Source: an uncultured Deinococcaceae bacterium
Lineage (GTDB): Bacteria; Deinococcota; Deinococci; Deinococcales; Deinococcaceae
NCBI GenBank assembly: GCA_964252075.1
Contig: CAXULY010000021.1
Span: 24,310 to 88,309, forward strand
Reading direction: 5' to 3'
DNA: 64,000 nucleotides
Shown: in pieces, positions 58,051 through 64,000 of the stretch
Numbering within the stretch: the first letter of the stretch is position 1
Layout: each line of letters begins with the position of its first letter
Position numbers and translations under genes: made by a program
Notes under the pieces: generated by a model
Database searches by the model: none
The model's input: the letters and a program-made list of their open reading frames with translations, nothing else
What the model was told of the DNA's origin: nothing

Positions 58051-59589
58051 ATGCCAGCAAACAAGACAGCAGACATGGACCACCTGCCCACCACCGACCT
58101 GCAAGGCCTCAAGCTCGGCATGCTGACCGCGCACCTCCTCGCGCGCGGCTACACGCTTGCGGACCCCAGCCCGTTCAAGGGAGACATGGCCGAGCGCGCC
58201 GCCGCGACCGAAGGCCGCCTCATCGCGGTGCTGCTGCACGGCCCGCGCGAAGTGGCGGTCGCCGGGCTGACCCTGATGGGCGAGGACAGCGTGGGCGTGG
58301 AGGCCACCGCGTACGGCTTCCAGCTCATGCAGCGGGATCTGCCCGACCTCATCAAGAGCACCGCGTGGCCCACGGGCATCAACCTTGAGGCCTTCAACGA
58401 CGCGGACGCCCGGGCGCTGGACAAGCTCATCGCCGCCCTGCTGCGTTACGCCGACCCGGAGTCCTGGGAGGCCGTCAGGACCGCCACGGCGGACCGCTGG
58501 GTGGGCAAGCCGTATCACGAGGACGGCCACACGCTCGCCGACACCGCGTTGGGCATCCTCAAGGACGGCGCGGACCTCTCCCCCACCTTCCTGCACCTCG
58601 TGCACACTGCGCTGGGCCTCACGGACGCGCCGCTGCTGCCCCTGCCCAAGCCCAGCCCCAAGGAGGCCTTCGAGAAGCTGCGCGAGGCCACAGGCGCCGC
58701 CCTGAACGGCGTGCGCCCCGAAGACCTGCGCGACGACGCGCCCCTCACGCACGAGTTCAAAGAGAGCGACCTCGCGCGCGCCGCCCAAGCGGCCCACGAG
58801 GTGAACCGCGTGTGGAGCCTCACGCACGGCGACTTCTCGCACCGCACCTGGCTGGACGCGCCCAGCTGGCAGCGCGAGAGCGCCGTTAATGGCGTGCGCC
58901 ACGTCCTCACGGCACTCCAGCAGGGCCGCACGCCCCGCCCCGAAGAGAGCCACGAGAGCTGGTACGCCGAGAAGGAAGCCGCGGGTTGGGTGTACGGCGA
59001 AGTCAAGGACCCCGACGCCAAGACGCACCCCTGCATGGTCCCCTACGACCAGCTGTCCTACGTGCAGCGCGCCAAGGACGCGCTGTTCAACAGCACCGTC
59101 ACGGCGTTCCTGCGCGCCCTCGCGGGCGAAACGGTGCAGCCACGCAGCACCGTTCAGGGCGCCATCGAGTCCGCCATCCACCACATGAGCGCCGCTGGCG
59201 ACGCGCTGAAGATCATCGCCCCGGGCGCGCCCACCGAGCACGCCCGCACCACGGCACCCCTGCTCGTGCTGGCAGAGGTGGCCGCGGAGCGCGAGCGGCA
59301 GGTCACGCAGGAGGGCTGGACGCCCGAGCACGACGACGCACACGCGCAAGGCGAGATGGCCGCCGCGGCAGCCGCCTACGCGCTCGCCGCTGTCTCAGGT
59401 TACGGAGCGCACACCTTGGCGGAAGAGGACAACATCGCCATGAGCCTGGACGAGCTCAGCAGGCACGCATGGCCCGAGGGTTGGAGCGGCAGTTGGTTCA
59501 AGCCCACCACCCACCGCCGCAACCTCATCAAGGCCCTCGCGCTGCTCACCGCGGAAGTGGAGCGCCTGGACCGCGCGGAGCAGGCGTGA
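58051..59589 (+). CDS. Multidomain early protein with RyR domain
   Basis: TATAAT(58039)-N6-ATG; HESW...GWVYGEVKD...KTHPCMVPYDQL...KD RyR signature; C-terminal ERERQ..EGWTPEHDD domain. Confidence 0.8.
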   Translation: MPANKTADMDHLPTTDLQGLKLGMLTAHLLARGYTLADPSPFKGDMAERAAATEGRLIAVLLHGPREVAVAGLTLMGEDSVGVEATAYGFQLMQRDLPDLIKSTAWPTGINLEAFNDADARALDKLIAALLRYADPESWEAVRTATADRWVGKPYHEDGHTLADTALGILKDGADLSPTFLHLVHTALGLTDAPLLPLPKPSPKEAFEKLREATGAALNGVRPEDLRDDAPLTHEFKESDLARAAQAAHEVNRVWSLTHGDFSHRTWLDAPSWQRESAVNGVRHVLTALQQGRTPRPEESHESWYAEKEAAGWVYGEVKDPDAKTHPCMVPYDQLSYVQRAKDALFNSTVTAFLRALAGETVQPRSTVQGAIESAIHHMSAAGDALKIIAPGAPTEHARTTAPLLVLAEVAAERERQVTQEGWTPEHDDAHAQGEMAAAAAAYALAAVSGYGAHTLAEEDNIAMSLDELSRHAWPEGWSGSWFKPTTHRRNLIKALALLTAEVERLDRAEQA

Positions 59590-60395
59590 ACCTTCAGGGC
59601 GAGCTATTTCACGATGGCGATGTTGCTGCATCGACGCCTCTCGCGCTGGCGCTCGCCGAGCGCGACGCGGGCGCGCTGTTCGTCGTGAATCACTCCGGCG
59701 GCAAGGATTCGCAGGCCATGCTCATCCACGTGCTGGAGGTGGTGCCCGCGGCACAGGTTCTGGTGGTGCACGCCACGCTCGGTGAGAGCGAGTGGCCCGG
59801 TGCGCTGGAGCACGCCCAGCAGCAGGCGGACGCGGCGGGCGTGCCGTTCCTCGTGGCGCAGGCGAGCAAGACCCTGCTGGGCATGGTAGAGCGGCGCCAC
59901 GCGACCCGCCCGGAGGTGCCCTCGTGGCCCAGCGCCAGCACCCGCCAGTGCACCAGCGACCTCAAACGGGGGCCCATCACGCGCGAGGTGCGGCGGTACG
60001 CCACCGCGCGCGGCATCACCCGCATCGTGAACTGCATGGGGCTCCGCGCCACTGAGAGCAGCGGACGCGCCAAGCGCCCCGCGTGGAGTGACCACGCCGA
60101 GCACGGTGCCGCCGGGCGCAGCTGGTACGACTGGCTCCCCATCCACACCCTCAGCACCGCGGACGTGCTGACCACAGTGCACGGCGCGGGCCAGCAGCTG
60201 CACCCGGCGTACGCCATGGGCAATGAGCGCCTGAGCTGCGTGTTCTGCATCATGGCCAGCGCCTCTGACCTCCGGAACGGCGCGCTGCGCAACCCCGAGC
60301 TGTACGCCCGCTACGTCGAAATGGAGCGCCGCACCGGGTACACGCTCCATATGAGTCGCAAAAGCCTGCCCGAACTGACCGGGGTGCCCGCGTGA
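59586..60395 (+). CDS. PAPS-reductase family (PP-loop) protein
   Basis: HSGGKDS, RQCTSDLK, GLRATES..RA and RLSCVFC motifs. Confidence 0.88.
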   Translation: MNLQGELFHDGDVAASTPLALALAERDAGALFVVNHSGGKDSQAMLIHVLEVVPAAQVLVVHATLGESEWPGALEHAQQQADAAGVPFLVAQASKTLLGMVERRHATRPEVPSWPSASTRQCTSDLKRGPITREVRRYATARGITRIVNCMGLRATESSGRAKRPAWSDHAEHGAAGRSWYDWLPIHTLSTADVLTTVHGAGQQLHPAYAMGNERLSCVFCIMASASDLRNGALRNPELYARYVEMERRTGYTLHMSRKSLPELTGVPA

Positions 60396-60429
60396 CCAGC
60401 AGTCCACACAACCAAGGAAAGAGGCACCG

Positions 60430-60675
60430 ATGACCGTCACGAAACTCTCCTACGCCGACCCCTTCGGGGACCTCCGCAGCAGCGGCGAGCACATCAGCAG
60501 CAGCGTGCGCGCCGCCCGCGAAGCCGCCGAGCGCGAGCTCACGCAGCACCGCATGGTGTTCGAGCAGTCCAGCACCACGCCCGCCCTGCAGGCGGTGGGT
60601 GAGCGCAAGCTCTCCAGCAGCGCGAAGCGCCGCCGCCGCCGCGAGCGCAGCAAGCAGCGGGCGGGCGCGCAGTGA
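60430..60675 (+). CDS. Small basic hypothetical protein
   Basis: SD, operon packing. Confidence 0.5.
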   Translation: MTVTKLSYADPFGDLRSSGEHISSSVRAAREAAERELTQHRMVFEQSSTTPALQAVGERKLSSSAKRRRRRERSKQRAGAQ

Positions 60676-60923
60676 CGACCATGAGCATCTTGGAGCGCCT
60701 GCAGGGCGCAAGCCACGAGGCGACCCTCGCGGTCTTCGACGTGATGCGCGAGCACGCCGCGCGCCACCCGGAGAAGTCGGTGGGGCAAGTGCTGATGGAT
60801 TTGGAGGTGCTGACCGCGTACCGGTCCGACGATCAGCTTGACCCCATGTGGCACATTCGGGACCCGCGCGCCGAGAACTCACTTCAGGTGCTCCAGCGCC
60901 TCATGCAGAAGGGGCACTTTTGA
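60672..60923 (+). CDS. Hypothetical protein
   Basis: GTGA coupling. Confidence 0.5.
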   Translation: MTTMSILERLQGASHEATLAVFDVMREHAARHPEKSVGQVLMDLEVLTAYRSDDQLDPMWHIRDPRAENSLQVLQRLMQKGHF

Positions 60924-61339
60924 CCGCCGCGGATTCGCAGCGCGTGCCGCCCGAGTACACGCCCGAGCTCACGCTCGTGGAGTGCCTTGATCGTTTGGCC
61001 GAGCGCTTCCCTCAGCACGTCATCCGGCAGCACCCGTCGAACGTCTACTACCGCTTCGTGTTCCCCACCTGGGAGCGGTCGGAGGTTTACCCTTCGTTTG
61101 CGCCGGACGGCATCCTGTACGGCCTCACGCTGCTGGCTGAGCAGCTGGGCTTCACGGCGGAGGTGTGCCTGACGCGTCCGGGCATCCCGGAGCGCGCGCG
61201 GAACGGCAAGTGCAACGCCGTCGTGTATGACCCGCGGTTTCACAGCGGGTACGGTCCCACGCCCGAGCACGCGCTCGCGCTCGCGCTGGAGCAAGCCACG
61301 CGCCCACGCGCGCCGCAGGAGGACCACGATGCGGAGTGA
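60920..61339 (+). CDS. Hypothetical protein
   Basis: TTGA coupling; C-terminal GPTPEHALALA. Confidence 0.5.
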   Translation: MTAADSQRVPPEYTPELTLVECLDRLAERFPQHVIRQHPSNVYYRFVFPTWERSEVYPSFAPDGILYGLTLLAEQLGFTAEVCLTRPGIPERARNGKCNAVVYDPRFHSGYGPTPEHALALALEQATRPRAPQEDHDAE

Positions 61340-61940
61340 CGCGCCCATGAAGCGGTGCTCCAGGTGTGGCGGGCTGTTCCCGCGAGACACCGAGCACTTC
61401 TCGCGCGACGCCTCACGCGCAGACGGCCTGCTGGTCTACTGCCGGAGCTGCACCAGCTGGAAGACCCAGAGCCCCGAGGAGCAGCAGCGGCTGCGTGAGC
61501 GGCGCCGCGCGCGGTACTGGCGCCAGCCGGAAGTGGAGCGCGCCCGCCAGAAACTCGTCCGTCAGAAGCACGGCGCCACCATGAACGCGGCGCGCCGCTC
61601 CCGAAGTGAGGCGCGTGCGGCGGAGGGGTTCACGCCGGACGGCACGCCGAAGCGCTGCTCCACGTGCGCGCAGGTGTTCCCGGGGGACGCTGAGCACTTC
61701 CCGAGGGACCGCTCGCAGAAGGATGGGCTGAGGACCCGCTGCCGCACCTGCGAACGCGCGCGCGTGGCGGCCCGACCCGTCACGCCCGCACGCCTCAAGC
61801 TCAAGCGGGCCAGCAGCGCGCGCCGCAAGGAGCGGCGCCAAGCGGAGCCCGAGTTGCGCGAAGCCTACAACGCGTACCACCGCCAGTGGCAGCAGAAGCG
61901 CCGCGCCACCAGGCGCGCAGGAGAGAACAGTGACCAGTGA
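61329..61940 (+). CDS. Protein with two tandem KRCxxC...HFxRD...DGL...CxxC Zn fingers
   Basis: Duplicated finger of the type found N-terminal to HNH nucleases, but no HNH core. Confidence 0.65.
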   Translation: MRSDAPMKRCSRCGGLFPRDTEHFSRDASRADGLLVYCRSCTSWKTQSPEEQQRLRERRRARYWRQPEVERARQKLVRQKHGATMNAARRSRSEARAAEGFTPDGTPKRCSTCAQVFPGDAEHFPRDRSQKDGLRTRCRTCERARVAARPVTPARLKLKRASSARRKERRQAEPELREAYNAYHRQWQQKRRATRRAGENSDQ

Positions 61941-62472
61941 AGCCCCCCGACCCGTCCCTGCGGACGCCCTGCCGTTCGAGTGCCCCGCGTGCGGGCAGCG
62001 CCTCGCCGCGCGCCTCAGCTGGGCCATGCAGGGCGGCCTGAACAGCGGGCACGGCACCTGCACCCGCTGCAACACCTTCCTGCACCTCGAAGTGGCGCCC
62101 GAAGGCGGGCGCATGATCGCACAGCGGTGGAGCGAGTACCACTGGCAGCAGGTCAAGGAACTGCCGGACACCCACTGGGAACGCGCCATGTGGCGCGCGG
62201 ACAGGCTGAGCGACCGGGTGGACGCCGGGCAGGTCACGATCTTCCACGCGGTGCGGTACGCCCTGCATCAGGGGCAGCACCGCGAGCGGTTCCTCGCCCG
62301 CCTGACGTTCATGGAGGGCGCGGGCGCCGCGATGCGTGAGCACGCGGTCTACCAGCGTGACCAGGGGCGGCGCCAGCCCGATCACGCCGCACACTTCGAG
62401 GCGCGCGCCGCGCTGCTGGAAGGTTTGGCGTCCAGTTGCATGCCTGCAGAGGAGGCCCAGCATGGGGCGTAA
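61930..62472 (+). CDS. Zn-ribbon hypothetical protein
   Basis: CPACG...CTRC. Confidence 0.55.
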   Translation: MTSEAPRPVPADALPFECPACGQRLAARLSWAMQGGLNSGHGTCTRCNTFLHLEVAPEGGRMIAQRWSEYHWQQVKELPDTHWERAMWRADRLSDRVDAGQVTIFHAVRYALHQGQHRERFLARLTFMEGAGAAMREHAVYQRDQGRRQPDHAAHFEARAALLEGLASSCMPAEEAQHGA

Positions 62473-62890
62473 GGCGAAGTTGAAGGCCCAGCGCGCGATG
62501 GAGCGGCAGTTGCGCGTGTCCGACGCGTGGCTGTCCGTCACGCCCGCCCTCGCGGCGTCCCGCGCGCGCCACCTGGTGAGCACCGACGGGGGCCGCGACG
62601 CCTTCACGGGCAAGCAGGTGGTGGGCACGTGCCCGCCCGAGCACGCGCAGCGCTTCATGGACGAGCTGCACGGCCTGTTCCCCGAGCACGCCGTGTCGTG
62701 CATGACGGCGCCCTCGTGGGTGAACGTGCCGGGCGTGGCGGACCACGCGGGCGACGGTGAGCCGTTGTCGCTGCTGATCGCGCCGGACCTCGACGCGGCG
62801 CAGCTGGAGCGCTGGCACACGCACCTGGACACCTTCGCGCCCGGGCTGGGCCTCGGCCACACCGAGCGACTCGTGAAGGATGACGCCTGA
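62462..62890 (+). CDS. Hypothetical protein
   Basis: SD GAGGAGG; TGATG coupling to next gene. Confidence 0.55.
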   Translation: MGRKAKLKAQRAMERQLRVSDAWLSVTPALAASRARHLVSTDGGRDAFTGKQVVGTCPPEHAQRFMDELHGLFPEHAVSCMTAPSWVNVPGVADHAGDGEPLSLLIAPDLDAAQLERWHTHLDTFAPGLGLGHTERLVKDDA

Positions 62891-63513
62891 TGCGCCTCGT
62901 CCTCATCAGCGACACGCACCGGCGGCACAAGGACCTCGTGCTACCCGAAGGGGACGTGCTGGTGCACGCGGGCGACCTCACGGAGCGCGGCACCCTGCAC
63001 GAGGTGGCGGACGCCCTGGCGTGGTTCAGCCAGCAGCCGCACCCGCACAAGGTGTGCATCGCGGGCAATCACGACTTCTACTTCGAGGAGCAACCGCGGC
63101 TCGCCCGGCGCCTTGTGCCGCGCGGCGTGACGTACCTGCAGGACAGCGGCGTGACCATCGAGGGCGTGCGCTTCTGGGGGAGCCCCGTCACGCCGTGGTT
63201 CATGGACTGGGCGTTCAACCGCCACCCTGCGGGCATCGGGGCGTACTGGTCGCGCATTCCGGGCGGCACGGACGTGCTCATCACGCACGGCCCACCGCGC
63301 GGCGTGCTGGACAAGCTGGACCACGCGGACGGCCACGTGGGCTGCCCGCAGCTGCTGGAGCGCGTGCAGAAGATTCAGCCGAAGGTGCATGTGTTCGGGC
63401 ACATCCACGAGGGGTACGGGCAGGTGGAGGTGGGCGGCACGCGGTTCGTGAACGCCAGTACCTGCGACGTGCGTTACCAGCCCAAGAACGCGCCCGTGGT
63501 GGTGGATCTATGA
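62890..63513 (+). CDS. Metallophosphoesterase (MPPED/239FB-like)
   Basis: ISDTH, HAGD, AGNHD, THGPP and GHIHE motifs. Confidence 0.92.
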   Translation: MRLVLISDTHRRHKDLVLPEGDVLVHAGDLTERGTLHEVADALAWFSQQPHPHKVCIAGNHDFYFEEQPRLARRLVPRGVTYLQDSGVTIEGVRFWGSPVTPWFMDWAFNRHPAGIGAYWSRIPGGTDVLITHGPPRGVLDKLDHADGHVGCPQLLERVQKIQPKVHVFGHIHEGYGQVEVGGTRFVNASTCDVRYQPKNAPVVVDL

Positions 63514-64000
63514 CCGTCGGCTCGCATCACGTGTGCGAGGCCTTGCGGCGCCGCTACCCGGCGAACGAGTACGCCGTGGCGTTCGAGGTGAGCAACAGCA
63601 CGGGGTACGGCGCGAGTCGACGCGCGGACGCCCTGGCGCTGAGCCTGTGGCCGTCGCGCGGCTTGAAGCTGCTGGGCTTCGAGGTGAAGGTGAGCCGCAG
63701 CGACTGGCAGCGGGAACTGAAGGCACCCGCGAAGGCCGAGGCGTTCTTCGCGCAGTGCGACGAGTGGTGGCTCGTCACCACGCCCGGCATCGTGAAGCCC
63801 GGCGAGCTGCCCGAGCGCTGGGGGCTCATGGAGTTGCAGGAAGACGGCAAGCTGAAGGTCAAGACGTCCGCCGCGCCCCTCGCGCCCGCGCCACTGGACC
63901 GCGCGTTCATGGCGTCGTTCATGCGCGCCGTGACGGACCAGGCACAGGCGTTCGTGGACCGCCACCTGGATGCCGCGGCGCGCGTGCTGGCGGACGAGCG
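63510..64000 (+). CDS. PD-(D/E)xK nuclease-like (MmcB-like) phage protein, 3'-truncated
   Basis: RRADAL...GFEVKVSRSDW..EL...ELPERWGL; absent from ORF track because it has no stop in the window. Confidence 0.75.
   Translation, partial: MTVGSHHVCEALRRRYPANEYAVAFEVSNSTGYGASRRADALALSLWPSRGLKLLGFEVKVSRSDWQRELKAPAKAEAFFAQCDEWWLVTTPGIVKPGELPERWGLMELQEDGKLKVKTSAAPLAPAPLDRAFMASFMRAVTDQAQAFVDRHLDAAARVLADE

Overview
The window is an internal segment of a large, very GC-rich contractile-tailed (myovirus-type) phage, prophage or phage-plasmid. Almost all genes are on the + strand. The host is probably Deinococcus-like, inferred from GC content and several TANNNT-N6-ATG leaderless starts. Layout: (i) 1-4.7 kb: small early-type genes, a frameshifted amino-methyltransferase and an HNH endonuclease. 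(ii) 4.7-22.9 kb: putative head-packaged cargo (1805-aa SNF2 protein, 2H phosphoesterase, 1998-aa DarB-like MTase-helicase with a Ulx-like neighbour, Zeta-like kinase), interrupted by a C5-MTase island and a low-GC moron. (iii) 23-29.7 kb: prohead protease, scaffold, SPO1/Twort-type major capsid protein and neck genes. (iv) 29.7-33.3 kb: a second early island and morons. (v) 33.4-58 kb: sheath, tube, chaperone, tape measure, baseplate, fibres and spike. (vi) 58-64 kb: early and nucleotide-metabolism genes. I saw no terminase, portal, integrase, tRNA or CRISPR array. Most notable hand-read signals: two antisense micro-ORFs in the baseplate operon encoding signal-peptide + CGxC peptides (candidate phage peptide-signalling system); a 17-copy fixed-spacing promoter-like motif (ACCCCCCGC-N9-CANNNT-N6/7-ATG) before virion genes; a shared hydrophobic-x-K-A motif linking capsid proteins to the cargo enzymes; a TCC-TTT-CGA +1 frameshift in the tail chaperone; operator-overlapped early promoters; a dif-like site; and a self-contained 44-aa peptide transcription unit. 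All product calls come from motif recognition by eye; no searches were run.
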